64,000 nucleotides of DNA, from contig CAVWTB010000064.1 in assembly GCA_963757845.1 (NCBI GenBank), forward strand, positions 58,233-122,232, given 5' to 3'. Made by a program: the position numbers and the translations under genes. Position 1 is the first letter of the stretch, and every line of letters starts with the position of its first letter. The notes beneath the pieces are model-generated. The model was not told the DNA's origin and searched no databases. It saw nothing but the letters and a program-made list of their open reading frames with translations. This stretch comes from an uncultured Alphaproteobacteria bacterium (GTDB lineage: Bacteria > Pseudomonadota > Alphaproteobacteria > Rhizobiales > Xanthobacteraceae). Below, piece by piece: positions 46,766 through 60,489 of the stretch.

Positions 46766-47845
46766 TGACGCTGGGTGCCGACATTTCCGATGTGACCACC
46801 GAAGCGCGCTCCGCTGCGGCGAAGGGCCTGTCCATCGTCGTGCCCTGCTACAACGAGGCGCGGCGGTCTCGCGCGGCTGCATGAGCGCATCGCGGCGCTC
46901 GCGGCGAAGCTGAAGCAGGCCTACGGCCTCTCAACCGAGGTCGTCTATGTCGACGACGGCAGCCGCGACGACACGCTCACTGTCGCGCAAAGCCTGCCGG
47001 CGACCACGCTCGACGTGAACGTGATCTCGCTGTCGCGCAACTTCGGCAAGGAAGCGGCGCTGATGGCCGGCCTCGACCATGCGCGCCGCGGCAACGCGGT
47101 GCTGTTCATGGACGGCGACGGCCAGCATCCGCCGGCGCTGGTGGAGACGCTGGTCCGGCACTGGATCGAGGACGGCTACGACGTCGTCTACACGGCGAAG
47201 GCGCACCGCAAGAACGAGTCGATGCTGTTGCGCATGGCGGTGCGCGGCTTCTATTCGCTGATGAACTTCCGCGCCCGGCACAAGATCCCGCCGGACGCCG
47301 GCGATTTCCGCCTGCTCTCGCCGCGGGCCGCCGCGGCGCTGCGCCAGCTGCCGGAGCGCAACCGCTTCTTCAAGGGACTGTCGAGCTGGATCGGCTTCAA
47401 GCAGCTTCGCGTCGACTATCAACCCGAAGCCCGCGCGCACGGCCGCACGTCGTTCAGCCCGGGCCGGCTGATCGGCCTGTCGATCGACGGCATCACCTCG
47501 TTTTCCGTCGCCCCGTTGCGGGTGGCCGTCATGCTGGGGGCGCTGATCGCATTTGCCTCCTTTATCTTCGGCCTGATGATCCTGTGGGAGACCTTCGTCG
47601 ACGGCAAATCGGTGCCCGGCTACGCCTCGGTCATCGTCGGCGTCATGGTGCTCGGCGGAATGCAGCTTGTGATGATCGGCGTAGTCGGCGAATATATCGG
47701 CAAGATCATTTACGAGCTGAAGGCCCGGCCGGTGTATTTCGTGGCCGAGAAGACCTTGAAGCGCGCAGGTAGCGACGAGATGCAGACCGACCTTCCGCTT
47801 GCCGACTTCCCGCTTGCCGAGCAACCGCGGACCGCGGCCGAATGA
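46766..47845 (+). CDS. Family-2 glycosyltransferase (polyprenyl-phosphate sugar transferase, ArnC/DPM1-like) with two C-terminal TMS; one frame break near 46860
   Basis: 'SIVVPCYNEA', 'VVYVDDGSRDDT', 'ISLSRNFGKEAALMAGLDHARRGNAVLFMDGDGQHPP', C-terminal TM 'VMVLGGMQLVMIGVVGEYIGKI'. Confidence 0.8.
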
Positions 47846-48690
47846 GCGATACGCCCGCGCAACGCCGCATTTCGCTCTGTGCCGACGACTACGGCCTGTC
47901 CGAAGGCGTCAACCGGGCGATCCGCGACCTGATCGCCAAGCGCCGGCTCAGCGCGACCTCGGTGATGGTGGTTACGCCCGCCTTCACGCGCAGCGAGATC
48001 GACGAGCTCAAGGCCGTCGCCAAGGATCGGGACGGATTCTCGATCGGCCTGCATGTGACGCTGACCGCGCCGTACCATCCGCTGACCATTCACTTCCGCC
48101 CGCTCAAGGGCGGCGAGTTTCTCAAGCTCGGCAGGCTGTTGCAGGCGGCCGTGCTGCGACGGCTCGATGTGGAAATCCTGCGCGCGGAGATCGCCGCCCA
48201 GATCGCCGCCTTCACCGACATGGTCGGCAGGCCGCCGGACTACGTCGACGGTCACCAGCATGCGCAGCTGTTTCCGCAAGTGCGCGAAGCATTCGTCGCG
48301 GCCGTGAAGGAGCACGCGCCGAACGCCTGGGTGCGCCAGTGCGGACGCGGCGGGCTCCGCCCCGCCCGCTTCCGCGACGCGAAGGCGCTGATGCTGGACG
48401 TGCTCAGCAAGGGCTTTCGCGAGAGCGCCACGCGCGCCGGGCTCACGTTCAACCCGGCCTTCGCCGGCGCCTACAACTTTTCCAAGAAGCCGGATTTGGC
48501 GAAGCTGTTCGAGCGCTTTCTGCATGCGCCTGCCCGACGGCGGCTTGATCATGTGCCATCCGGGCTTCGTCGACCAGACGCTGATCGCGCTCGATCCCCT
48601 CACCCACCAGCGCAAGAGTGAATACGACTGGTTGATGAGCGACAATTTTTCAAAGCTGCTCGCCGCGCAGAATGTCACCCTGGCGTGATG
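47842..48690 (+). CDS. ChbG/HpnK (YdjC-like) carbohydrate deacetylase; frame break near 48520
   Basis: 'ISLCADDYGLSEGVNRAIRDLIAKRRLSATSVMVVTPAF', 'GLHVTLTAPYHP', 'DYVDGHQHAQLFP', C-terminal 'IMCHPGFVD'. 4-bp overlap with the GT2 gene. Confidence 0.75.
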
Positions 48691-48867
48691 CCGCCGGGAA
48701 CTCCTTGTGGCACTGGCGTGACAGTGAATGTGACCTGGGCGTGACGCGAATGGGCCGGACATCGCCGAAAGTGTCGCACGTTTCTGAAAATTAATTTTCG
48801 CGCATCGGCTTTGAGCCGCCACAGCTGTTCCCTACATGCGCGCGATGTCTTCATGGAGGAGGCGAGG

Positions 48868-49651
48868 ATGAATCCCCAAGAGCGTCAACTGGTCGACGAG
48901 CTGTTCGAGCGTCTTGCAAAGCTTGAGAGCGCGCCACGCGACGCGGAAGCTGCGGCTGCCATCAACCAGGGCCTGTCGCGGGCGCCGAACGCGATCTACC
49001 CGCTGGTGCAGACGGTGCTGGTGCAGGACGAGGCGCTCAAGCGCGCCGCCGCCCGCATCGAGGAACTGGAAGCACGCGCGGGCGCGCAGCAGGAGCAGCA
49101 GGGCGGCTTTCTCGACAGCATGCGCGGCGCCATTTTCGGCCAGCAGCAGAAGGGCGGTTCGGTCCCGAGCGTGCGGCAGGCCGAGCCGGACCGGCCGGTC
49201 TGGAACACGGGCGGCGCCTACCAGGCGACCCCCGCCCCCGCCGGCCAGCCGATGCCGCAAGCCGATCCGCGCGCGCAAGGCGGCGGGTTTGGCGGCGGCG
49301 GCTCGTTCCTCGGCACGGCCGCGGCAGCAGCGGTCGGCATGATCGGCGGCTCGATGCTGATGAACAGCATCGGCGGCCTGATGGGCGGCGGCCACCGCCA
49401 GGGTTTCGGCGACGCGTCGTCGATGGACAAAGGCGGCGGCAGCCCATGGAGCGGCGATCAGTCGAAGGGCGATCTCGCCCGCGAGGCCGGCGTCAACGAC
49501 ATCGGCCGCGGTGGCGGCGGCGGACGCGATGCGGATGCAGGCGGCCGGCAGGGCTTCGTCGATCAGGCCTCGAACGAGGAGCGATGACGAAGACGACGAG
49601 GACTACGACTCCGACGGCGACTTCGATTCCGGCGACAGCGATTACGCGTAA
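48868..49651 (+). CDS. DUF2076 protein with Gly/Asp-rich acidic tail; frame break near 49580
   Basis: '[58 protein letters not shown]...', tail '...[21 protein letters not shown]'. Confidence 0.7.
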
Positions 49652-50553
49652 GCACGCTCAGCGTAGCCGCAGCCGGGCATCCATGCAGCCGTGTCTTCGA
49701 ACGCCTGCGCAGGATGACGCGTCTGAGCTCGACTACACCCGATCGAATTGATCCGCATTTCGGTGGCGACCTTGCCGTCCTTGGCGAGGCACATCGCGCT
49801 CCACTTGCCGCCGCGGTCATCGACCATGATGTCGAACGTGTCGTCCCAGAACAGCGGGCGGCGGAAGTAGATGTCGACGTCGAGCGACTTCGGCGCGAAT
49901 TCCTTCCAGATCGCCTCGGTGAGAAAGCGCACGCCGTGTCCGCCGCCGATGATCGGCGCGCGATAGCCGGCGCGTTTTGCGGCATCCTCATCGAAATGGA
50001 TGGCGTTGGTGGTGTTCAGCCCGTAGCCCTTGACGTCCTCCGGCGTCAGCGTGAACTGGCCGAGCTTCTTCAACGCCGACACGTCGCCAATCACCGGCGG
50101 CGGCCGCTCGCCGGCGCCGCGCAAGTTCGGATCGGCGTATTTGGTCGGGTCGGTCTTCAGCGACGTGCGCTTCGAGGTGATGCCGAGCTCGCCGTTCTCG
50201 CCGTGGTACCAGGTCTCGCTGGTCGTCACGCGCCCGCGCGGCGACTCTCGCACATCGAGGATTTCGCCGGTGACCGTGATCTTCTCGTCGAGCCGCAGCG
50301 GCCGGCTCACCACCAGCCCCTGCACCATGTTGACGCCGCCGTTCGACGAGATGCCGTTGCGCACGCCTTCCTGGATGGCGAAGCTGATGAACGCGGACGG
50401 GTCGGAGCAGCCGCGAAACGTCGCGGGATCGATGCCGCAGTGGCCCATCAGCCGCGCCTCGTTCGCCGCATCCACCACCATGACGCGCTTGTTGTAGCGA
50501 AGGCCCTTGTAGGGAGTGATGTCCTGGACGTCCTCGACTGCGCTCATCTTGTT
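49642..50553 (-). CDS. MaoC-like/hot-dog fold protein; start overlaps kdsB stop (ATGA); 3' end uncertain
   Basis: '[33 protein letters not shown]...[44 protein letters not shown]'. Confidence 0.55.
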   Translation of the reverse strand, partial: NKMSAVEDVQDITPYKGLRYNKRVMVVDAANEARLMGHCGIDPATFRGCSDPSAFISFAIQEGVRNGISSNGGVNMVQGLVVSRPLRLDEKITVTGEILDVRESPRGRVTTSETWYHGENGELGITSKRTSLKTDPTKYADPNLRGAGERPPPVIGDVSALKKLGQFTLTPEDVKGYGLNTTNAIHFDEDAAKRAGYRAPIIGGGHGVRFLTEAIWKEFAPKSLDVDIYFRRPLFWDDTFDIMVDDRGGKWSAMCLAKDGKVATEMRINSIGCSRAQTRHPAQAFEDTAAWMPGCGYAERAYA

Positions 50554-51362
50554 GTTTCCTTCCCGTGCGTTTCTTTTTGTGGTGGCGTCAGATCGATCTT
50601 CAACATGCGCCGCGCCGTTTCGAGATCGGGCGTGAGTGTCGACACCGCGCGGCACCTGGTCGACGATCGTCACGTCGATCCGCATGCCGGCCTCGATCGC
50701 CCGCAGCTGCTCGAGCCTTTCGCGCAGTTCCAGCGGCGACGGCGGCAGCGCGACGAAGCGCGCAAGCGCCTGCCTGCGATACGCATAGAGGCCGATGTGA
50801 TGATAGCGAGGGCCGTCGCCGGTCGGCGCGGTCGCCCGCGTGAAATAGAGCGCGCGCATACCGGCGCTCCGCGATCTGCGAGCCGATCACCTTCACGACG
50901 TTCGGATTGCGATCCTCTTCCTCGGTCGTGGATTTCGGCGGCAAGCGTCGCGATGTCGACCGCGGCGTCGCCGAGCGGCGCAGCCACCGCGCGAATATGC
51001 TGCGGCAGGATGGTCGGGAAATCTCCCTGCAGGTTGACGACCGTCTCGACCTTGCCGTCCGGATCGAGCCGCTCGAGCGCCTCGAAAATGCGGTCCGAGC
51101 CCGACGGGTGGTCGGCGCGCGTCATCACCGCCTCGCCGCCATGCGCCTTCACGGCATTTGCGATTTCGTCGGTGTCCGTCGCCACCACGGCGCGGCCGAT
51201 TTTTGCCTCTTCCGCGCGGCGCAGCACCTGCACGATCATCGGCAGGCCGGCGACGTCCGCCAGGGGTTTGCCGGGCAGGCGGCTGGACGCCATGCGCGCC
51301 GGAATCAGGATCAGGGTGGAGGTTGATGCCATCTGCACAGACAGGTCATTCGCCGCCGTCAT
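50552..51362 (-). CDS. kdsB: 3-deoxy-manno-octulosonate cytidylyltransferase KdsB; frame breaks
   Basis: '[34 protein letters not shown]', '[11 protein letters not shown]', C-terminal '[45 protein letters not shown]'. Confidence 0.85.
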
Positions 51363-51545
51363 GGCGGGCCAAAAAGGCTAGGGATTAGTGGGGCTTTCCT
51401 GCAATCCGCCGCATTTATACGGGTTGCCAGAGCCGGGGCAAACCGTTATTCACCGCAACGCGCAAAGCTCGCGCGAAACGTCCGTTCGCCGCCTTCACTG
51501 GCGGCCCGTCAAAATTCCTTTCCGGCCTGGGGACAGCTCGAGAAA

Positions 51546-52097
51546 ATGGACTCCTTCGAACTCAACAAAATTCTCGGCGCGCTTCTCGGAACGTGTCTTT
51601 TCCTCCTGGTCATGAACATCGCCGCAAGCGCGATCTTCACCCCGCCGAAGCTGGCGAAACCGGGCTTCGACATCGCCGTTCAGGAGGCCCCGTCCGAGGC
51701 CGCGAAGGGCCCCGCAGAGCCGGCCAAGCCGATCGAAGAGCTGCTCGCCAGCGCCAACGTCGAGAAGGGCGCCGCCGCCGCCAAGAAGTGCCTCGCCTGC
51801 CACACCTTCGAGAAGGGCGGCGCGAACAAGGTTGGCCCCAACCTCTACGGCGTGGTCGAGCGCGACAAGGGTGGACACGCGGGCTTCAACTATTCAGGAC
51901 CGATGAAGGGCAAGGGCGGCAAGTGGACGTTCGCCGACCTGAACGCCTTCCTGCAGAACCCGAAGGCGTTCGTTGCCGGGAACCAGCATGAGCTTTGCCG
52001 GTCTGCCGCGTGACTCGGAACGCGCCGACGTGATCGACTACCTGCGCACGCTGGCCGACAGCCCGGTGCCGCTGCCGAAGGCCGCCGCCAAGCAGTA
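51546..52097 (+). CDS. Membrane-anchored cytochrome c (CycM-like); frame break near 51985
   Basis: N-terminal TM 'ILGALLGTCLFLLVMNIAASAIF'. Haem motif 'CLACHTF'. 'KVGPNLYGVV'. C-terminal 'ADVIDYLRTLA' in the +1 frame. Confidence 0.75.
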
Positions 52098-52122
52098 AGT
52101 CGGCGAGCAGACTACAATGAAT

Positions 52123-52155
52123 TCAGATCGACGGCCGGGACCCTCCCGGCCGTCG
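52123..52155 (+). terminator. Rho-independent terminator after cytochrome c gene
   Basis: 'GACGGCCGGGAcccTCCCGGCCGTCgccgTTTTGGG'. Confidence 0.7.
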
Positions 52156-52360
52156 CCGTTTTGGGCATGATCCTGATCCGAAAACCGGTACCCACTTTTC
52201 GGCATCATGCCAGGGGCCTCAACTCCCCGTGATCGAGGGACGATTGGCCGCAAGATTGCGCAAACGTAACTGGTGTGGCGGAACCGGAAAACCGACATAA
52301 TCGGCCGAACATTTTGTGTTCTCTGCAGTTTCCGAAAACACACCCGCGAGGATCAAACGT

Positions 52361-54234
52361 CTTGAGCATCTCCCGACGGCATCTCCTGCAAGGCAGTGCG
52401 GCGCTCGCGAGCCTGCCACTCGCGAAATTCGGCGGCGCCGCGCATGCGCAATCCGAAGGCGCGCCGTGGCGACACAGCCTGTCGCTGTTCGGCGAGCTCA
52501 AGTATCCGGCCGGCTTCAAGCATTTCGACTACGTCAATCCGAACGCGCCGAAGGGCGGCGTCGCGCGGCAGATCTCGCTAGGCACATTCGACAGCTTCAA
52601 CATCGCCATCGCCGGCGTGAAGGGCTCGGTCGCGCCCGGCGTCGCTCGCATCTACGAGACGCTGATGACCTCGTCGCTCGACGAAATCTCCACCGAGTAT
52701 GGATTGCTGGTCGAGCAGGTGTCCCATCCCGACGACTTCACCTGGGCGACCTATCGCCTCCGCAAGGAAGCACGCTGGCACGACGGCAAGCCGGTGACGC
52801 CCGAGGACGTGATCTTTTCCCTCGAGCAACTGAAAAAGCTGAGCCCGCGATACGGGTCCTACTACAATCACGTCGTGAAGGCCGAGAAGGTCGGCGATCA
52901 GGACGTAAAATTCACCTTCGACCAGCCGGGCAACCGCGAGTTGCCGGTGATCGTCGGCCAGCTCATGGTGCTGCCGAAACACTGGTGGGAAGGCACCGAC
53001 AAGGACGGCAAGAAGCGCGACATCTCAGCGACCACGCTCGAGCCGCCGCTCGGCTCCGGGCCCTATCGCATCAAGGACTTCTCACCGGGCCGCACGCTCG
53101 TGCTCGAGCGCGTGAAGGATTACTGGGGCGAGAAACTGCCGGTCAACATCGGCCAGAACAATTTCGACGAGCTGCGCTACGAATTCTTCCGTGACAACAT
53201 CGTTGCGCTGGAAGCTTTCAAAGCTGACCAGGCCGACTGGATCCAGGAGAACAGCGCCAAGCAGTGGGCGACGGCCTACGATTTCCCGGCGGCGCGCGAC
53301 AAGCGCGTGCTGCTCGAGGAGTTTTCGATGCGTGCGTCCGGCCGCATGCAAGGCTTCGTGTTCAACCTGCGCCGTGACCTGTTCAAGGATGCGCGCTTCC
53401 GTCGCGCGTTCAACTACGCATACGACTTCGAGGAAATGAACAAGCAATTGTTCTACGGCCAGTACAAGCGGATCGCGAGCTACTTCGAAGGCACCGAACT
53501 CGCGAGCGGAGGCCTCCCCGAGGGCAAGGAACTGGAAATCCTCGAGACGGTGCGCGGCAAGGTGCCGGCCGAAGTGTTCACGACGGTCTACTCCAATCCC
53601 GTGAACGGCAACGCTGAGAACGTGCGCAACAATCGCCGCGAAGTCGTTGCGCCTGTTCAAGGAGGCGGGCTTCGAGATCAAGGACCAGAAGCTGGTCGAC
53701 CCGAGCGGCAAGCAGGTCTCGGTGGAATTTCTGATCCAGCAGGATCCCAGCAGCGAGCGGTTGGTCCTGTTCTACAAGCCCCCACTCGAGCGGCTCGGCA
53801 TCAACGTCTCCGTGCGCGCCGTCGACAATGTGCAGTACCAGAACCGGCTGCGCAGCTTCGACTACGACATCATCACCGACGTGTGGGGCCAGTCGCTCTC
53901 GCCCGGCAACGAGCAGCTCGAGTTCTGGGGATCGCGCGCCGCCGACCAGCCGGGCTCCGAAAACAGCATCGGCATCAAGAACCCGGCCGTCGACGAGCTC
54001 ATCCAGAAGGTGATCTTCGCCAAGGATCGCGCCACGCTGGTGGCGGCGACCAAGGCGCTCGACCGCGTCCTGCTCTGGAATCACTATGTGGTGCCGCAGT
54101 TCACTTACGGCTTTGCCCGCTATGCGCGCTGGGACCGCTTCAGCCACGCCGAGCCGTTGCCGAAATATGGCGTCTCCGGCCTTCCCGACAGCTATGGTGG
54201 TGGGACGCGCAGAAGGCGGCGAAGACAGGCGGAC
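52361..54234 (+). CDS. yejA: ABC transporter substrate-binding protein, family 5 (YejA-like), TAT-type signal; frame break near 53640
   Basis: TTG start then 'SISRRHLLQGSAALASLPLAKF'. 'FKHFDYVNPNAPKGG'. 'GSGPYRIKDFSPGRTLVLERVKDYWG'. C-terminal 'WWWDAQKAAKTGG'. Confidence 0.8.
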
Positions 54235-54256
54235 GCACTTGATCGAACGGTTTCGG

Positions 54257-56147
54257 ATGCCATCGCCCTCGCGGCGGGACGTGCTGGTCGTTAGCGCCGG
54301 CGCGGCGCTCGCGGGCCTCGCGCCGAAGGCCGCGCTCGCGCAGGACAAGGACAAGGCGGAAGCGCACGGCATCTCCGCGTTCGGCGACCTGAAGTATCCG
54401 GCCGACTTCAAGCATTTCGACTACGTCAATCCGAACGCGCCGAAGGGCGGGATGTTCTCGCAGCTCGGCCCGACGCGGCAGTTCAACCAGAATTTCATCA
54501 CCTTCAACTCGCTCAACGCCTACATCCTGAAAGGTGACGCGCGCGCAGGGCATGGAGCTGACATTCGCGACGCTGATGACGCGCGCCGATGACGAGCCGG
54601 ACGCGATGTACGGCTTCGCGGCACGCGCGGTGCAGATCTCCGACGACGGACTGATCTACCGCTACCTGCTGCGCAGCGACGCCAAATTCCACGACGGCAG
54701 CCGGCTGACCGCACACGACGTCGCCTTCTCGCTCAATCTGTTGAAGCAGAAGGGACACCCGATCATCACGCAGCTGCTGCGCGACCTGACCAGCATCGAT
54801 GCCGACGACGACCGCAGCGTCACGCTGCGCTTTGCCGAGAAGCGCGCCCGCGACGTGCCGCTGTTCGCCGCGGCGCTGCCGATCTTCTCGCGCGCCTACT
54901 ACAGCGCCAAGCCGTTCGACGAAATCGACGCTCGAAATTCCGCTCGGCTCCGGCGCTCTACAAGGTCGGGCGCTTCGAGCAGGGCCGCTACATCGAATTC
55001 GACCGCGTGAAGGACTGGTGGGCGCAAGGACCTGCCGGTGATGCGCGGCCAGTACAATTTCGACACCGTGCGCTTCGAATATCTATCGCGACCGCGACGT
55101 CGCATTCGAAGGCTTCACCGGCAAGAGCTATCTGTTCCGCGAGGAGTTCACCTCACGCATCTGGGCGACGCGCTACGACTTTCCCGCGATCAAGGACGGC
55201 CGCGTCAAGCAGGAGATCCTGCCGGACGACACGCCGTCGGGCGCGCAGGGCTGGTTCATCAACACGCGGCGCGAGAAGTTCAAGAATCCGAAGCTGCGCG
55301 AGGCGCTGATCTACGCCTTCGACTTCGAGTGGACCAACAAGAACATCATGTACGGGTCCTACGACCGGACCCATTCGGTGTTCCAGAACTCCGACCTGAT
55401 GGCGAAGGGGCCGCCGTCGCCGGACGAGTTGGCCATGCTCGAGCCGTTCCGCGACAAGGTGCCGGCCGAGGTGTTCGGCGAACCGTTCGTGCCGCCCGTG
55501 TCCGACGGCTCGGGCGCGGACCGCGCGCTGCTGCGTCGCGCCGGACAGCTGTTGAACGAGGCGGGCTATCCGATCAAGGACGGCAAGCGCATGACGCCGA
55601 ATGGCGAGCGCCTGACCATCGAGTTCCTGCTGGAGGAGCCGAGCTTCCAGCCGCACCACATGCCCTACATCAAGAACCTGCAGACGCTCGGCATCGACGC
55701 CAGCCTGCGGCTGATCGATGCCGCGCAGATGCAGAGCCGGCGCAACGATTTCGATTTCGACCTGACGATCCAGCGCTTCAGTTTCTCGTCATCGACGCCG
55801 GGCGATTCCCTGCGCACGTTCTTCTCCTCGCAAGCCGCCGCGATCAAGGGATCGCAGAACCTCGCCGGCATCGCCGATCCGGTGATCGACGCCCTGGTCG
55901 AGCAGGTGATCGCTGCGAAGGATCGCGCGACGCTGACGACCGCCTGCCGCGCGCTCGACCGGGTGATCCGCTCCGGCCGCTACTGGATCCCGCAGTGGTA
56001 CAAGGGCACGCACTGGCTCGCCTACTGGGACATGTTCAGCCATCCGCCGCAGAAGCCGCGCTATTGCCCGCGGCGTGGTGGAGACCTGGTGGTATGATCC
56101 CGACAAGGCCGCCAAGGCGAACCGGCCGGGCCAGGACGGCAAGTGAA
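54257..56147 (+). CDS. Second, paralogous family-5 substrate-binding protein (YejA-like); several frame breaks
   Basis: 'MPSPSRRDVLVVSAGAALAGLAPKAALA', 'FKHFDYVNPNAPKGGMF', 'RYDFPAIKDGRVKQEILPDDTPSGAQGWFINTRREKFKN', C-terminal 'WWYDPDKAAKANRPGQDGK*'. Confidence 0.75.
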
Positions 56148-56238
56148 CCCATTTCCGCCCGGTTTCGTTATTTGACCATGACGGAAACGAAAACCGTGTC
56201 CCGCCGGTACGGGATCATGATCTAGGATCGCCGCCACG

Positions 56239-57350
56239 ATGACTGCCTATATCGGACGACGGCTGCTGCTGATGATCCCGACCCTGTTCGGGATCATGCT
56301 GGTGTCGTTCGTCGTCGTGCAGTTCGCGCCGGGCGGGCCGGTGGAGCGCGTCATCGCGCAGGTGACCGGCAGCGACAGCGGCGCGACCTCGCGCATCTCG
56401 GGCTCGCCGGGCGGCGACATCGCCGCCGGCAACCGATCCAACCTCGGCGCTGAAGGCGCCAACTCGCGATACCGCGGCGCGCAGGGCCTCGATCCCGAAT
56501 TCATCAAGAGCCTCGAGCGGCAGTTCGGCTTCGACAAGCCGGCGCACGAGCGCTTCTTCCTGATGCTGTCGAACTACATCCGCTTCGATTTCGGCAAGAG
56601 CTATTTCCGCGACGTCAGCGTCTTGCAGCTGATCAAGGAGAAGCTGCCGGTCTCGATCTCGCTCGGCATCTGGATGACGCTGATTTCCTATCTGATCTCG
56701 ATTCCGCTCGGCATCCGCAAGGCGGTGCATGACGGCTCGCGCTTCGACATCTGGACCTCCGGCGTCGTCGTCATCGGCTACGCGATCCCCGGCTTCCTGT
56801 TCGCGATCCTGCTGATCGTGCTGTTCGCCGGCGGCTCGTTCCTGAACATCTTCCCCCTGCGCGGGCTGACGTCGGAAAATTTCGCGCAGTTGCCCTGGTA
56901 CCGGCAAATCCTCGATTATTTCTGGCATCTGACGCTGCCGCTGATCGCCATGGGGCTCGAGCGCCTTCGCGACGATGACGCTGTTGACCAAGAACTCGTT
57001 CCTCGACGAGATCCGCAAGCAGTATGTGATGACCGCCCGTGCCAAGGGCTGCGGCGAGAACCGGGTGCTGTACGGACACATCTTCCGCAACGCGATGCTG
57101 ATCGTGATCGCCGGATTTCCCAGCGCGTTCGTGCATGCCTTCTTCACCGGTTCGCTGCTGATCGAGACCATCTTCTCGCTCGACGGGCTTGGCCTGCTCA
57201 GCTTCGAGAGCATCCTCAACCGCGACTACCCGGTGGTGTTCGGCACGCTGTTCATCTTTTCGCTGATCGGCCTGTTCGTGAATCTCGTTCGCCGATCTGG
57301 TCTACATGTGGGTCGATCCGCGGATCGACTTCGAGGCGCGGGAAGTCTGA
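56239..57350 (+). CDS. yejB: ABC peptide transporter permease YejB-like; two frame breaks
   Basis: '[38 protein letters not shown]', '[21 protein letters not shown]', C-terminal '[18 protein letters not shown]'. Confidence 0.8.
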
Positions 57351-58555
57351 TGGCGATCGCCGAGCAACAGACCACCACGCCCCGCGCCAGGTCGCGCATC
57401 GAACCCGCGTCGCCTGCGCCTGCTGGAAAAGAGCGCTCCGCCTTCGCGCAAGCGGCTGGCGCCTGTCGCCGCTGAACCAGCGGCGCTGGCAGAACTTCAA
57501 GGCCAACCGCCGCGGCTACTGGTCGCTCTGGATCTTCCTGGTCCTGTTCATCGTCTCGCTGTTCGCGGAGCTGATCGCCAACGACAAGCCGCTGCTCGTC
57601 AAATACGACGGCAAGTTCTATTTCCCGGCCTTCGTCAACTATTCCGGAGACGACCTTCGGCGGCGATTTCGAGACCACCGCCGACTATCGCGACCCGTTC
57701 CTGCAGAAGCTGATCGCCGACAAGGGCGGGTCGATGATCTGGCCGCCGATCCGCTACTCCTACAACACCCACAATCTCGACCTGCCGACGCCTGCCCCGT
57801 CCAAGCCGACATGGATGTTGACCGAGGAGCAGTGCAAGACGGTGGTCGAGCGCAAGGGGCTGAGAGGCTGCCGCGACCTCGAATACAACTGGCTCGGCAC
57901 CGACGATCAGGGCCGCGACGTGGTCGCGCGGCTGATCTACGGCTTCCGCATCTCGGTGCTGTTCGGCCTGACGCTGACCATCATCTCATCGATCGTCGGC
58001 GTCGCCGCCGGCGGCGTGCAGGGCTATTTCGGCGGCTGGATCGACCTGACGTTCCAGCGTTTCATCGAGGTCTGGACCGCGATCCCTTCGCTTTATCTGC
58101 TGCTGATCCTTTCCGCCATTCTGGTCCCGAGCTTCTGGGTTCTGCTCGGCATCCTGCTGCTGTTTTCCTGGGTGGCGCTGGTCGGCCTGGTGCGTGCCGA
58201 GTTCCTGCGCGGCCGGAACCTCGAATACATCCAGGCGGCGCGGGCGCTCGGCGTCTCCAACCGCGTGATCATGTTCCGCCACCTGTTGCCGAACGCCATG
58301 GTGGCGACCATGACGATGCTGCCGTTCATCACCTCGTCGTCGGTGATGACGCTGACGGGCCTGGACTTCCTGGGCTTCGGCCTGCCGCCGGGCTCGCCGT
58401 CGCTCGGCGAGATGCTGTCGCAGGGCAAAGCCAACGTTCAGGCGCCGTGGCTCGGCCTGACCGGCTTCTTTGCACTGGCGATCATGCTGTCGCTTCTGAT
58501 CTTCATCGGCGAAGCGGTGCGCGACGCCTTCGATCCGCGCAAGACGTTCAGGTAA
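57350..58555 (+). CDS. yejE: ABC peptide transporter permease YejE-like; frame breaks
   Basis: '[43 protein letters not shown]', '[22 protein letters not shown]', '[11 protein letters not shown]'. Confidence 0.8.
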
Positions 58556-58560
58556 GCCGC

Positions 58561-60200
<1,640 letters not shown>

Positions 60201-60240
60201 GTGGCGCTGCGAGGCGCCGGCTCCGCGCGACGCGCGGCCC

Positions 60241-60425
60241 ATGCGTCATTGCGAGCCATAGCCGTTCGAAGAACGGCGTGCCGCTCGCCTATGGCGAAGC
60301 AATCCAGCTGCGCGCCGGCAGGCGCGCAAAAAAAGCGCTGAAGTTGCCGCGGCTGCTGCGCATTTTAGTTGGCGCGCTTCGCGCGCGCTGGATTGCCACG
60401 TCGCTTCGCTCCTCGCAATGACGCA
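60241..60425. repeat. REP-type palindromic element (long variant) downstream of yejF
   Basis: 'gtcattgcgagcca...gaagcaatccagctgcgcgccggcaggcgcgc...cgcgcgctggattgcc...cgctcctcgcaatgacg'. Confidence 0.8.
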
Positions 60426-60489
60426 GAGGCGCTTCGCGAGCGGGAGGGAGGGGAGAAGAGGAGCGCTCCGCGCGCCTCGGAATAATGCC

